Source: Acidimicrobiales bacterium | GTDB lineage: Bacteria; Actinomycetota; Acidimicrobiia; Acidimicrobiales; VFJN01 | Direction: 5' to 3' | Assembly (NCBI GenBank): GCA_030681555.1 | Contig: JAUXRW010000048.1 | Location: forward strand, 1-62,257 | Length of the DNA stretch: 62,257 nt | Shown here: positions 21,710 through 32,363 of the stretch, piece by piece | Numbering within the stretch: position 1 is the first letter of the stretch | Layout: each line of letters begins with the position of its first letter | Made by a program: the position numbers and the translations under genes | Notes under the pieces: model-generated | The model's input: only the letters and a program-made list of their open reading frames with translations | Told to the model about the DNA's origin: nothing | The model's database searches: none

Positions 21710-23728
21710 CTAGCGCTCGCGGAGGCTGCGGGCGACCGGGTGCGGCGAGGCGACCAGCTTGGCGCTCCGGCGGGTCTGCCTCCAGTGGCGGGCCCACCAG
21801 ACGACGAGGAACAGCCCCGCCCCCGCGGACAGCACGAGCCCGACTCCGGACACCGCGGTCGAGCGCACCGAGTAGCGCGACGTCGCGAGGACGAGCCCTC
21901 CGTCGGGCGAGAGCACCTCCACCTCGAGCGGGATGGCGCCGGAGGCCCGGGTGCGAACGGCGATCTCGTGGCGGGTGACCGCTGCGGTCAACCGCAGGTC
22001 GATCGTGTCGCCGTCGGGCAGCTCGAGCTTCGGCCCGACGAGCCGCACCCGGACGTCGACGGTCTCCCCGCTGTCGTTTCCGATGGTGAGGGGCACCGTC
22101 CCCTCGCGGGCTGTGAGGGTGATCGTGAAGCGGTCCTGCGCCGTGATGGCCCCCGCGACCTGGTCGATCGCGTCGGACGTCCGGTCGAGCTGGACGTCCC
22201 GCGCCTCGGTCCCGAGGCCGGATCCGGTGGCGCGGAGAAGGCCGGCGTCGATGGGATCGAGCATCGGGCTGCCCTCACCGACCATCGACCGAACGCTCTC
22301 CCGTCTCGCGCGCAGCTCGCGGAGCCGGGCGGCGTCAGCGCCTGTGAGCGTCGCCGCCGCGCCCGGTCGCAGGGTGCGCGCAACCCGGTCCCCGCCTCCG
22401 TCGGTGATCGGCGTGGCTTCCCTGAACACGTCGTCGAGGGGCACGGTTCGGAAGAGGGTCGGCATCTGCAGGCCCTCCAGGATCCGGGTCGCGGCGCTCG
22501 GGTCCGTCCCACGGCCGATCGGGACGATCACGGCCCGTGCGGTGTTCGGCTGCTCGAGCCAGAGCATCGTGAGCTCCGCGAGCACCCGGCTCGCGACCAG
22601 TGCGGGGGATCCGTCGGCTCGCAGTGCCTCCGCGACGCGCGCGTCCTGCACGAACCCTTCGGTCGGCGCCGCCTCTGCGTCGGAAGTTTCGGAGCTGGCG
22701 CGACTGCGGGGCGGAGCGACCAGGAACGGTCGGGCCAGGGAGAGCAAGCCGTCGCTTGAGCTGTCGAGCTGCTCCGGGTCGACCACGACCCGCTCGATCC
22801 CGGCGGCGTCAAGCAAGGAGAGGCCGCGCCCGCCGAGGTCGGGCGCCGCAAGCCACGCGGCCTCGGTGGGCTCCGCCTCGAGGATCCGCTGCTGGACGGC
22901 CCGTCCCCGTTCGAGGTGATCCGACAGCGCGTCGGCCATCCCGGCGGTGGCGAGGCCATCGGGCGACACCGCTACATAGGGAAGTGCGAGCACCGGCTGG
23001 CGGGCGGCCGCGAGGCGGAGCTGCTCGAGGAGCGACCGGGAGCCCTCCGACGGGGCCTCGCTCAGCGCTTCCAGCGTGTCCGGGGTAGCGGCCAGCGTCG
23101 CAAGGTGGGGGCCGGCGACGAGTGGCTCCAGCAGCGCGGCGGCGTCGGCCAGCTCCTCTGCGTCCAGCGGGACCACACCGGCGGACGGGGTCGGCGGCGC
23201 GTCGATCCGCGCGACCACGGCCACGGCCAGCGGCGGGGATCCGCCCTCGGCCGAGGGACGCACGAGCAGATGCGTGATGACCCCGTCGAGGGCGCGCCCG
23301 TCGTCGTCCTGGACGAGGAGCTCCGTCGGGTACACGCCCGGCGCGTCCAGCGCCGGCCTGGCCCCCTCGGCGGGATCGAGCGAGATGCCGATCCGGCGGA
23401 CGCCTCCCTCGCCGGCAGGCAGCGCGGCGAGATCGCGCTCCTCCTCGTGGAGCGTGCGGCGCAGGCTGCGGCCCTCCTCGGACGTCGTGAGCTCCGAGCG
23501 CGACCGGATCCGGTCGTGGACCACCACCCGCAGGTCCGCACCCGTGGGCGCGCCAGCGACCGTCACCTCGAGGTCAAATGTGCCGCCGGCCTCGACGGTG
23601 GCCGTCTGCCCGACCAAAACCACCTCGACGTCGGCGCGCTCCTGGCCGGGCGCCTCCGGCGCCGACGCGATGCCGACCGCAAGCGCCACGGCGAACGTCG
23701 CGACGGCGCGGCGGAGGGGCCGGCTCAC
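21710..23728 (-). CDS. Secreted/membrane-anchored protein (DUF6049-like)
   Basis: Signal peptide, LPY motif and C-terminal TM; this family typically lies at this locus in actinobacteria. Confidence 0.7.
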   Translation of the reverse strand: MSRPLRRAVATFAVALAVGIASAPEAPGQERADVEVVLVGQTATVEAGGTFDLEVTVAGAPTGADLRVVVHDRIRSRSELTTSEEGRSLRRTLHEEERDLAALPAGEGGVRRIGISLDPAEGARPALDAPGVYPTELLVQDDDGRALDGVITHLLVRPSAEGGSPPLAVAVVARIDAPPTPSAGVVPLDAEELADAAALLEPLVAGPHLATLAATPDTLEALSEAPSEGSRSLLEQLRLAAARQPVLALPYVAVSPDGLATAGMADALSDHLERGRAVQQRILEAEPTEAAWLAAPDLGGRGLSLLDAAGIERVVVDPEQLDSSSDGLLSLARPFLVAPPRSRASSETSDAEAAPTEGFVQDARVAEALRADGSPALVASRVLAELTMLWLEQPNTARAVIVPIGRGTDPSAATRILEGLQMPTLFRTVPLDDVFREATPITDGGGDRVARTLRPGAAATLTGADAARLRELRARRESVRSMVGEGSPMLDPIDAGLLRATGSGLGTEARDVQLDRTSDAIDQVAGAITAQDRFTITLTAREGTVPLTIGNDSGETVDVRVRLVGPKLELPDGDTIDLRLTAAVTRHEIAVRTRASGAIPLEVEVLSPDGGLVLATSRYSVRSTAVSGVGLVLSAGAGLFLVVWWARHWRQTRRSAKLVASPHPVARSLRER

Positions 23729-24486
23729 CCGGCGCCGCCCCCGGCGGCAACGTCACGGCGGAGGACGGCCAGCCCGGCGGCCTGCTGGCGGAAGCCGAGC
23801 CGCTCGTAGAGCGCCACTGCCGCGTGGTTGTCCTCCTGGGTGTTGACCAGCACCTCGTCGGCTCCCCAGCGACGCAGCCAGCGCAGCGCGTCCGCGACGA
23901 GGGCGGTGCCGATGCCGGCCCGCTGCGCTCGAGGGTGCACCGCAAGCCGCTGGAGGTACCCGCGCGACGAGGCCCGCCCCGTCACCGCGTAGCCGAGAAT
24001 CGCCGGATCCTCGCCGCTCGTGGCGACGCGGAAGCGCGCCGATGGCGTCGCGTCCAGCGCGTCCTCGAGGGCGAGGTCGTCGAGCCGCCAGAACTCGGGG
24101 AAAGCCGCGCCGTCCACCTCGAGCACGTCGGGGCGATCGCGCCGACGCCCGCGGCGCAGCTCGACCTCCACGGCGGGCGGGTCGAGCAGCGGTTGCACGG
24201 GCCGCGCCAGGAGGTGGAGTCGCTCGTGGACGGCGAAGCCGTTGGCGAGGAACGGCGCTTGGTCAGGTTCGGCCAGCGCCGTGGTCAGGGCGGCCCGGAA
24301 CCCACGACGCGCGAGCTCGTCGACGCAACCCGAGATCGCGGTGGGGGAGGGGCGGCCCGAGCGCGCGACGACGTACGCCACCTGCGCGTCACCGCGCCAC
24401 GGCGCGATCCGGACGCGGTCGCCGCCGAGGGCCGGGGTGCGGGCGCCGTGCACGCCGTCACGGTATCGGTGGGCCCGGTCCGGCAC
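23725..24486 (-). CDS. GNAT family N-acetyltransferase
   Basis: LAVHPRAQRAGIG acetyl-CoA motif and N..AVALYERLGF. Start uncertain. Confidence 0.88.
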   Translation of the reverse strand: MPDRAHRYRDGVHGARTPALGGDRVRIAPWRGDAQVAYVVARSGRPSPTAISGCVDELARRGFRAALTTALAEPDQAPFLANGFAVHERLHLLARPVQPLLDPPAVEVELRRGRRRDRPDVLEVDGAAFPEFWRLDDLALEDALDATPSARFRVATSGEDPAILGYAVTGRASSRGYLQRLAVHPRAQRAGIGTALVADALRWLRRWGADEVLVNTQEDNHAAVALYERLGFRQQAAGLAVLRRDVAAGGGAG

Positions 24487-24515
24487 GGGCCAGGCCTCAC
24501 TAGCCTGGACGGACC

Positions 24516-25529
24516 GTGTCCGCCCTGCTCCTTACCCACGAGCGCTACCTCGAGCACGACCCCGGACGCGGCCACCCCGAGCGCCCGGCGCGCCTCCGGG
24601 CCGTGCTCGACGGGATCGAGCGGGCCGGCCTCCGGGAGGCGATGGTGGAGCTCACACCACGCTCGGCCACTCGAGAGGAGCTGGAGCGCGTGCACGACCC
24701 GGAGTTGATCGACCGCCTCGCAGGCGTCGGCGAAGCCGGCGGGGGCTGGCTTGATGCCGACACCGCGATGAGCGCTGCCTCCTTCGACGCCGCGCTCCTG
24801 GCGGCCGGCGCCGGACCGACGGCCATCGAGGCGCTCGACGCCGGAAGGGCCTCGAGCGCGTTCTGCGCGGTGCGGCCCCCCGGTCACCACGCCACCCCCG
24901 CGACGGCCATGGGCTTCTGCCTGCTCAACCACATCGCCGTTGCGGCCGCGGCGCTGGCGGCCCGAGACGAGCGCGTCCTCATCGTCGACTACGACGCCCA
25001 CCACGGCAATGGCACGCAGGACATCTTCTGGTCCGACCCTCGCGTGGCGTACGTGTCACTGCACCAGCACCCGCTCTACCCGGGCACGGGCGACGACCGG
25101 GAGGTGGGCGGCGGCCCGGGTCGGGGCACGACCGTGAACGTGCCGCTCCCGCCCGGCGCCACCGGCGACGTGTATCGCGCCGCCGTCGAGGCGCTCGTCG
25201 CACCGGTCGCGGCAGCGTTCGACCCGACGTGGGTGCTGCTCTCCGCCGGGTTCGACGGCCACCGGGCCGACCCCCTCACCGACCTCGGCCTGTCGTCCGG
25301 CGACTTCGCGGACCTGACTGCGGAGTTGCTGGCGCTCGCGCCGGCCGGTCGCCGGCTCGTCTTCCTCGAGGGCGGCTACGACCTGGACGCGCTGGCCGCG
25401 AGCGCGGCTGCCTGCGTCGGGGCGATGGTCGGGGAGCCGCTCCACCCGGAGCCGCCCACGGCGGGCGGCCCCGGGCGGGAGCAGGTGCGAGCGGTGGGCT
25501 TGGCCCGCGCTGCTGCCCTCGACCCGTGA
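24516..25529 (+). CDS. Histone deacetylase family (Zn-dependent deacylase)
   Basis: HPERPARL, RPPGHHA, DYDAHHGNGTQ, SAGFD and LEGGY. Confidence 0.95.
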   Translation: MSALLLTHERYLEHDPGRGHPERPARLRAVLDGIERAGLREAMVELTPRSATREELERVHDPELIDRLAGVGEAGGGWLDADTAMSAASFDAALLAAGAGPTAIEALDAGRASSAFCAVRPPGHHATPATAMGFCLLNHIAVAAAALAARDERVLIVDYDAHHGNGTQDIFWSDPRVAYVSLHQHPLYPGTGDDREVGGGPGRGTTVNVPLPPGATGDVYRAAVEALVAPVAAAFDPTWVLLSAGFDGHRADPLTDLGLSSGDFADLTAELLALAPAGRRLVFLEGGYDLDALAASAAACVGAMVGEPLHPEPPTAGGPGREQVRAVGLARAAALDP

Positions 25530-25739
25530 CCAGCTGCGCTCGCGAAGCATGCGTCGAGGGGCGCTGGCGCCCCGTTTGGGCCTGGATGGCGCTCGGACCC
25601 CTACCCCCGGGATCGCGCTCGCCCGGTGTCGCTTGTCAGGGGGTTCGACACAGCACCGCAACAGTGTCCTAGGATCCCGCCAGCAGGTTTCTGCGTACAT
25701 CTACCTGTATCCCCCTGGGCGACTTATGGAAGGTCCTAC

Positions 25740-27953
25740 ATGCTTCGTCGATCGAGTTTGACCCGATCTGCCATGGCGGCACTCGCCGCCGGCGTCGGCC
25801 TGGCGATGGTCGCGGTCAGCGCCCCCGCCAACGCCGCGCCCAGCACGCCGGCGGCACCCGTGGCCCCGGCTGCGCTCGTCGCCGCCGGCCCGTACGCGGC
25901 CGCAGCTGATGCGAGCCTGATCACCCTCGACATCCCGTCGATCTCCGACGCCATCCTCCCGCAGACGAACGTGGACCTGGCCCGCTCGCAGGCCAACCTC
26001 GAGTCGCAGGCGGACGTCGACCCCGACAAGGAGGGCGTGCAGCGCTCGATCGCCCGGGCCGGCACGACGGGCACCACGACTCTCCTCGACGCTCCGATCG
26101 CCATCCAGGAGAACAAGGCATCGGCCCCTCCGTCCGAGGCCAACGAGGACGTCCTCATCCCGCTCGACCTCGCGCCGCTACTCGACCTCCCGGTCATCCG
26201 GACGACGGCCATCGCGAACTGGATCAGCGACACCGAGTGCATCGCCGCCGACACCCCGGCCTCCCTGGCCGACCAGTCGCTGGCCGACCTCACCCTGATC
26301 GAGCTGCCGGACGGCGGCTCGGTGGTCGACCTCGACATCGACGACGCCGACGGCGCCGCCGACACCGAGGCCTCCACCTTCCTCGCGTCGATCCCGGGCC
26401 CGAACGATCCCCGCGCCGTGCAGGCCCGGGTTTCCACGAGCCTGTCGAGCGCCAACGTGCTCAACGGCCTCACCCCGGAGCTGGCCTCGGCCATCGCCAT
26501 CGACGTCGTGCAGTCGCCGAACTACATCGTGAGCGCCACCGGCCTGCCCGGTGGAGCCTCGGTCACCGGTGCCGACCCCGTCGTCAACGTGTCCATCGGC
26601 GGCGACGAGCTCATCACCCTCGACTCCACCGATGAGTCGGTCGAGGCCACCATCACCGACCTCGTCCTCGGCGACCTGCTCGACCTCGAGGCGCCGGGCA
26701 CGCTGGCCGACCTCCTCGCCGACCTCGACCTCGAGGCCCTCCTGCCCGTGGTCGCCCCGGTGGAGGACGCCTTGCAGACCGCGCTCAGCGAGCTGCAGCC
26801 GGTCGTCCGTCTCTCGGTGCCGGTCCAGAAGACGGTCAGTGCTGATGGCACGCAGGCCAGCGTCCAGGCCTCGATCCTCCGGGTCGAGCTCCTGCCGCCG
26901 GCCGCCGTCGGCGCCTCCGAGCCGCTGGCCGACCTGCTGAACCAGATCCTCGACGCCCTCGGCGCCGAGACCAGCGAGCGGCTGCTGGTCCTCGACCTCG
27001 GTCCCGTCGGTGCGTCCGTCGTGGCCCCGGCCGGCGGCATCACCTGCGGCGACACCACGAACCCCCTCCGTGAGCTCAACAAGCACGCCTCGGCCACCGA
27101 GGTCGAGCCCGGCGGCACGTTCGAGTACAACATCGCCGTCCCGAACCGTGGCCCGTGCGTCGTCACCGACGTCCAGGTCACCGACGTGATCACCGGCCCC
27201 GGCTTCGAGGTCATCGGCACCGAGCCGCCCGCGACGAGCGTCGACGGTGGCACGGTGAACTTCGACCTCGGCGACATCGCCGTCAATGAGACGAAGAACA
27301 TCACGATCACCATCCGGGTCTCGGAGGACGCACCTGACGGTGCCACCTTCGACGACGTGGTCACCGTCTCGGGCAACTGCGACGGCCGTCCGATCACCGA
27401 GGACGACCGCGTCGACGACATCCCGATCGTCCGGGACAACTTCAACGGGCCCTGCATCGTCCAGTTCTCGAACTAGGTCGCCAGCCACTTCCAGGTGACC
27501 CCGGGCCAGACGTTCAGCTACTACGTGCACGCCTTCAACAGCGGCGGCCAGCCCTGCACCGACGTGCAGATCGTCGACACGCTGGACGACCGGGTCTCGT
27601 TCGTCTCGTGCAACAAGAGCTGCGTCAACGATCCCGCCAACAAGGTGACGTGGAACATCGCCACCCTCGGCGGCGGCTCGAGCGCCATCCTCTCGGTGGT
27701 CGTGAAGGTCGACGATGACGCCACCGGCACGCTGGAGAACGTCGCCGTGATCACGCCGTCGAACGGCAAGCCGGTCACGGTCAAGACCCGTGGCCCGGTG
27801 ATCGGTGACGAGTCCATCCCCAAGGATCCGGCTCCGGCCGCCCGTCGCAGCCTGCCGAAGACCGGCGGGTTGCTGCCCACGGGTGTGGCCGCTGGCCTCG
27901 GTGCCGGTGCGCTGGCGCTGTTCGCACTGCGCCGACGCTCCGCCGTCACCTGA
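25740..27953 (+). CDS. Sortase-anchored surface protein with two DUF11/isopeptide Ig-like domains, interrupted by in-frame TAG at 27474-27476 (readthrough gene or pseudogene)
   Basis: Signal peptide; repeats NKHASATEVEPGGTFEYNI and N*VASHFQVTPGQTFSYYV are in the same frame; LPKTG at 27852-27866 followed by TM and RRR. Confidence 0.85.
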
Positions 27954-27959
27954 TCCCTC

Positions 27960-28050
27960 CGGGATCCGCACGCTCCTGCTGAGCTGGCGGCTCCCTGATC
28001 TCCCTCGAGGAGGTCAGGGGCCGCCAGTTCTGCGTGTGGGCTGCGGGTCC
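27960..28050. terminator. Long GC-rich hairpin after the DUF11 gene (terminator or REP-like)
   Basis: ctggcggctccctgatctcc...ggaggtcaggggccgccag pairs over about 20 bp, with further flanking pairing; no U-tract. Confidence 0.5.
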
Positions 28051-28063
28051 GTACCCTGACCTC

Positions 28064-29467
28064 GTGATCCCCGACCGCCTCAACTCCGTCCTCGACTCGG
28101 TGCGACCCCTGGCGCACCGGTTCGACGCGGCGGGCCACCGCCTGTACCTGGTCGGGGGCATCGTGCGCGACCTCGTGGTGGGGCGGCCGCTCGGGGGTGA
28201 CATCGACCTGACGACCGACGCTCGCCCGGAGGTGACGGCGGACCTCGTCCGGGGGTGGGCCAACGCCGTCTGGGACCAGGGGGCCCGGTTCGGGACCGTC
28301 GGCCTGCAGCGGGGCGGGGTGACCTTCGAGATAACGACGCACCGGGCCGATGCCTACTCGCCCGACTCTCGCAAGCCCGAGGTCTCCTTCGCCATGGAGG
28401 TCGAGACCGACCTCTCGCGGCGGGACTTCACGGTGAACGCGATGGCGCTGCGGGTGACGGGCGCTGCGGGGGAGTCCCCGGAGCTCATCGACCCGTTCGG
28501 GGGCGTCGCCGATCTCGCAGCAGGCGTGCTGCGGACCCCGCTCGACCCGGAGGTCTCCTTCACCGACGACCCGCTGCGCATGCTGCGCGCCGCCCGGTTC
28601 GTGGCGGGCTACGGGCTGGCGCCCGTGCCCGAGCTGGTCGCGGTGGTGCCCCGCCTGGTGGATCGGCTCGAGATCGTGTCCGCCGAGCGGGTCCGGGACG
28701 AGCTATCGAAGCTGCTGGTCGTGGAGGATCCGAGTGCGGGGCTCTGGTTCCTCGTGGACACGGGCGTGGCCGACGTGCTGCTCCCGGAGCTGCCAGCGAT
28801 GCGCGTGGAGCAGGATCCGATCCACCGCCACAAGGACGTCCTCGCCCACACAGTGGCCGTCGTCGCCAAGACCTCACCTCGCCTGGTCCTGCGGGCGGCG
28901 GCCCTGCTGCACGACGTGGGGAAGCCGAAGACCCGGTCCATCGGGTCGAAGGGTGTGTCGTTCCACCACCACGAGGTGGTCGGGGCGCGGATGGCGCGGG
29001 ACCGGTTGCGTGCGCTGCGGTTTTCCAACGAGCAGATCGAGGCGATCACCCAGCTCGTGTATCTGCACCTTCGGTTCCACGGCTACGGCGACGACGTCTG
29101 GACGGACGCGGCCGTGCGGCGCTACGTGCGAGACGCCGGTCCGCTGCTCGACGAGCTCAACGAGCTGACGAGGTGCGACTGCACGACGCGCAACGAGCGG
29201 AAGGCACGGATGCTGGCGCAGCGCATGGACGACCTCGAGGCGCGGATCGCTGAGCTGCGACAACGGGAGGAGCTCGAGGCGATCCGCCCCGACCTCGACG
29301 GCCAGGCCGTCATGGCCCACCTCGGCCTGCAGCCCGGCCCCTTGGTCGGCCAGGCCCTGGCCATGCTCCTCGAAGCCCGCCTGGAAGAGGGCCCCCTAGA
29401 GGAGCAAGAAGCCAAGGCCCGCCTCGACGAGTGGTACAAGCAGCAAAAGCCGAGCATCGATCTCTAG
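28064..29467 (+). CDS. cca: CCA tRNA nucleotidyltransferase with HD domain
   Basis: LVGGIVRD, DIDLTT, RRDFTVNAM, DDPLRMLRA and LLHDVGK; TACCCT-N6-GTG start. Confidence 0.93.
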   Translation: MIPDRLNSVLDSVRPLAHRFDAAGHRLYLVGGIVRDLVVGRPLGGDIDLTTDARPEVTADLVRGWANAVWDQGARFGTVGLQRGGVTFEITTHRADAYSPDSRKPEVSFAMEVETDLSRRDFTVNAMALRVTGAAGESPELIDPFGGVADLAAGVLRTPLDPEVSFTDDPLRMLRAARFVAGYGLAPVPELVAVVPRLVDRLEIVSAERVRDELSKLLVVEDPSAGLWFLVDTGVADVLLPELPAMRVEQDPIHRHKDVLAHTVAVVAKTSPRLVLRAAALLHDVGKPKTRSIGSKGVSFHHHEVVGARMARDRLRALRFSNEQIEAITQLVYLHLRFHGYGDDVWTDAAVRRYVRDAGPLLDELNELTRCDCTTRNERKARMLAQRMDDLEARIAELRQREELEAIRPDLDGQAVMAHLGLQPGPLVGQALAMLLEARLEEGPLEEQEAKARLDEWYKQQKPSIDL

Positions 29468-29617
29468 GGCGGCGCAGTCGACGACTCCCGAGAACCGCCG
29501 GCCGGGAGCGCGGGGCCGCGGGAGCGAGGAGGACTCGGTCGAGCAGGAGGACGTTGGGCAGCGCCGGTAGTGGAGGCCCCAGCGGTGCGGACTTCTGCCC
29601 TGAGAGACGCCGGGCGG

Positions 29618-29690
29618 GAGCAGCGAGGAGAAGTGGCCGCCCGAAGGGCGACTGCATGCTCGTTGCTCGCAGAGGGCGCCGAAGGCGCCC
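29618..29690. repeat. REP-like palindromes with cGAAg loops
   Basis: cgccc-gaa-gggcg nested in a gagcagcgag/ctcgttgctc stem, then gggcgcc-gaa-ggcgccc; lies between convergent genes. Confidence 0.5.
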
Positions 29691-29701
29691 GATGGCGAAA
29701 C

Positions 29702-30412
29702 CTAGATGCCTTGCTTCCTCGCCCGGATGATGAGGGTGGCGGGCAGGTAGCGCATGGCGTCGGTCCAGCGGGGGCTGCGGCGGCCTCGAGCCGGCGGCTC
29801 GGGTTCGAGGATGGTGTCGATGCGAAAGTTGGCCCGGCTGAGGCTGGTGAAAAGGGCGCTGATGGTGCGGGGCACGTCCGTGGGCCCCTCCTCGCCGTTG
29901 GCCGCGACGGGCGCGCCGTCCCAGTAGGAGCGCTGGACGCGCCGTTCCGGATCCTCGGGGTCGAGCACCGCGAACGCAGGGTGGGGCAGGGAGAGCACGA
30001 GGGGCATCTCGGGCCGCAGCACGCGGTCGACCTGGCGGAACACGCGGTCCAGGTCCTCGACCGGGGCGAGCCCGAACGCGGACACCGCGCCTTCGATGCT
30101 GTCGGCGCGAAGGAAGGCGAGCTCGGCGAGCGGGGCGTGGTGGAGCTCGACCTTGATGCCCTCGCGCTGGCAGGCGGCTCGCGCCGCAGCCACCTGGTCG
30201 GACGACTCGTCGATGCCGATGACCTTGGCGCCCTGACGGGCCAGGGCGATGGCGTTGTGGCCGGCCCCGCAGCCGAGGTCCAGGATGCGCTTCCCCTCGA
30301 CGTGGCCGAGCAGCTTGAGGACGTCCTCGCGCGGGACGTCTGCGCCGTAGCTCAGGGCGTCGGTCGGGAGGTCGTCCCCCGCTGGGGCGGCCACCGAGAA
30401 GCGTTGGTACAT
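29702..30412 (-). CDS. Class I SAM-dependent methyltransferase
   Basis: ILDLGCGAG motif I and RVLRP. Confidence 0.9.
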   Translation of the reverse strand: MYQRFSVAAPAGDDLPTDALSYGADVPREDVLKLLGHVEGKRILDLGCGAGHNAIALARQGAKVIGIDESSDQVAAARAACQREGIKVELHHAPLAELAFLRADSIEGAVSAFGLAPVEDLDRVFRQVDRVLRPEMPLVLSLPHPAFAVLDPEDPERRVQRSYWDGAPVAANGEEGPTDVPRTISALFTSLSRANFRIDTILEPEPPARGRRSPRWTDAMRYLPATLIIRARKQGI

Positions 30413-30475
30413 GCGTGCAGTCTGGCTCCCGGAGCCGTCGTGCGCTGGCTTTGGTGCCGTGTGCCGGCGCCGGCG

Positions 30476-31558
30476 CTACTTCAGGTCGGCGTCGCCGCGG
30501 GCGTAGGCCTCCACCATGCGGTGGGCGTCCTCGTCCCGGTATTGCTTGCCGGGCGACTTCATGAAGTAGGCGGAGGGCCCCTCGAGCGGACCGCCCATGC
30601 CGCGATCGAGACCGATCTTGGCGCAGCGGACGGCGTCGATGATCACGCCGGCCGAGTTGGGGGAGTCGTGGACCTCGAGCTTGAGCTCGACGGTGAGGGG
30701 GACGTCGCCGAAGTTCCGGCCTTCCAGGCGGATGAGGGCCCACTTGCGGTCCTCGAGCCACGGCACGTGATCGGACGGCCCGATGTGGACGTCCCGATCG
30801 GAGATGCCCTGGTCGATCTGGCTCGTCACCGACTGCGTCTTCGAGATCTTCTTCGACTTCAGCCGCTTGCGCTCGAGCATGTTCATGAAGTCCATGTTCC
30901 CGCCGAAGTTCAGCTGGTACGTGTGGTCGATCGTTGTGCCGCGGTCTTCGAACAGGCGGGCGAGGGTGCGGTGCACGATGGTGGCGCCGACCTGGCTCTT
31001 GATGACATCGCCGACGATCGGCACGCCGGCCGCCCGGAACTTCTGGGCCCACTCCGGGTCGGAGGCGATGAAGACGGGGATGGCGTTCACGAAGGCCACG
31101 CCGGCGTCCAGGCAGGCCTGGGCGTAGTAGCGCTGCGCGTCCTCGGAGCCCACGGGGAGGTAGGAGACGAGCACGTCGGTCTTGGTGTCGCGCAGGACCT
31201 GGGCAACGTCGACCGGCTCGGCGGGCGACTCCTCGGCGACCTGGCGGTAGAACTCGCCGAAGCCGTCGAACGTCGGGCCGCGCTGCACCTCGACGCCGAG
31301 GTGGGGCACCTCGGCGAAGTGGACCGTGTTGTTGATCTCGGCCAGCAGGGCCTTGGAGGCGTCCAGGCCGACCTTCTCGGCGTCGACGTCGAAGGCGGCG
31401 ACGAGCTCGATGTCCCGGATGTGGTAGCCGCCGAGGTCGACGTGCATCAGGCCCGGCACGCGGTCCGAGGGGTCGGCGTCGGCGTAGTAGGTCAGGCCCT
31501 GCACCAGGGAGCTGGCGCAGTTGCCCATCCCGGCGATGGCGAGTCGGATCTTGCTCAT
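30476..31558 (-). CDS. ino1: myo-inositol-1-phosphate synthase
   Basis: [29 protein letters not shown] and DSPNSAG. Confidence 0.96.
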   Translation of the reverse strand: MSKIRLAIAGMGNCASSLVQGLTYYADADPSDRVPGLMHVDLGGYHIRDIELVAAFDVDAEKVGLDASKALLAEINNTVHFAEVPHLGVEVQRGPTFDGFGEFYRQVAEESPAEPVDVAQVLRDTKTDVLVSYLPVGSEDAQRYYAQACLDAGVAFVNAIPVFIASDPEWAQKFRAAGVPIVGDVIKSQVGATIVHRTLARLFEDRGTTIDHTYQLNFGGNMDFMNMLERKRLKSKKISKTQSVTSQIDQGISDRDVHIGPSDHVPWLEDRKWALIRLEGRNFGDVPLTVELKLEVHDSPNSAGVIIDAVRCAKIGLDRGMGGPLEGPSAYFMKSPGKQYRDEDAHRMVEAYARGDADLK

Positions 31559-32226
31559 GGGGTCTCCTCCTGGAGGTGGGCCTGGGGGGCCGGGACCGGG
31601 ATCGAGCGGTCGGCGCCGTTGTGGTCGGCGGAGCGCTCGGCCTCGATCAGCCGGTCGAGCCAGGCAAGGTCGTGGGCGAGGTTCTCCGCGTCGCGCTCGA
31701 GGAGCGCACGGAGGTAGGAGTGGGTGCGCCCGGCGCGACCGGGGTCGCTCTCCCGACGTCGCAGGTCGTCGCGACGGCGGAGCAGCTCGGTGCGGCGGCG
31801 CTCGAACAGCTCGAGGCGGGCGGCATCGGGGAGGTGGGGGGCGAAGGCCACGCGAAGCGTGAAGGCCCGATCGTCGGTGACGTCGGGGTCCGACAGCAGC
31901 TCGACGAGGCGCTCGCGGCCGTGCTCGGTGATGCCGTAGACCTTCTTGCCGCGGCCGGTGCCCTTGACGAGGCCGGACTCCCGCACCCGCGCCCGGAAGG
32001 CGGCCAGCTCGCCCACCAGCGAGCCGGACATGGGGGCGCTCGGCACGCTGGTGCGCTCCTCGACCGCCTTGACGGCCCCTTGGGCCTCGAGCCGGGCGAG
32101 GGCCGGGTAGAGCGATCCGAAGGACACCGAGGCACGGCTCGACAGCAGCTCACCGAGCCGTTTCTTCAGCTCGTAGCCGTGAAGCTCCTGCTCGGTGAGC
32201 AGGCCGAGGATGGCGAGGTCGATCAT
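31555..32226 (-). CDS. PadR family transcriptional regulator
   Basis: [23 protein letters not shown] and KKVYGIT; conserved partner upstream of ino1. Confidence 0.93.
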   Translation of the reverse strand: MIDLAILGLLTEQELHGYELKKRLGELLSSRASVSFGSLYPALARLEAQGAVKAVEERTSVPSAPMSGSLVGELAAFRARVRESGLVKGTGRGKKVYGITEHGRERLVELLSDPDVTDDRAFTLRVAFAPHLPDAARLELFERRRTELLRRRDDLRRRESDPGRAGRTHSYLRALLERDAENLAHDLAWLDRLIEAERSADHNGADRSIPVPAPQAHLQEETP

Positions 32227-32363
32227 GAGAGGAAATCGTCGCTACATCTACGCGATGTATCGATTCGATGTAACGACACAATGCCCGCACGGTCCGCCGC
32301 CTGTCAAGCACGGTTTCACCGATCCACGGGACGCCGCCCCTCTCCGCCGGTAGCCTCTGGTCC

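Noticed and set aside
27495-27953. Independent 152-aa gene
   Set aside because: It starts mid-domain with no RBS or signal peptide but has a sorting signal; it is the in-frame continuation of the gene at 25740.
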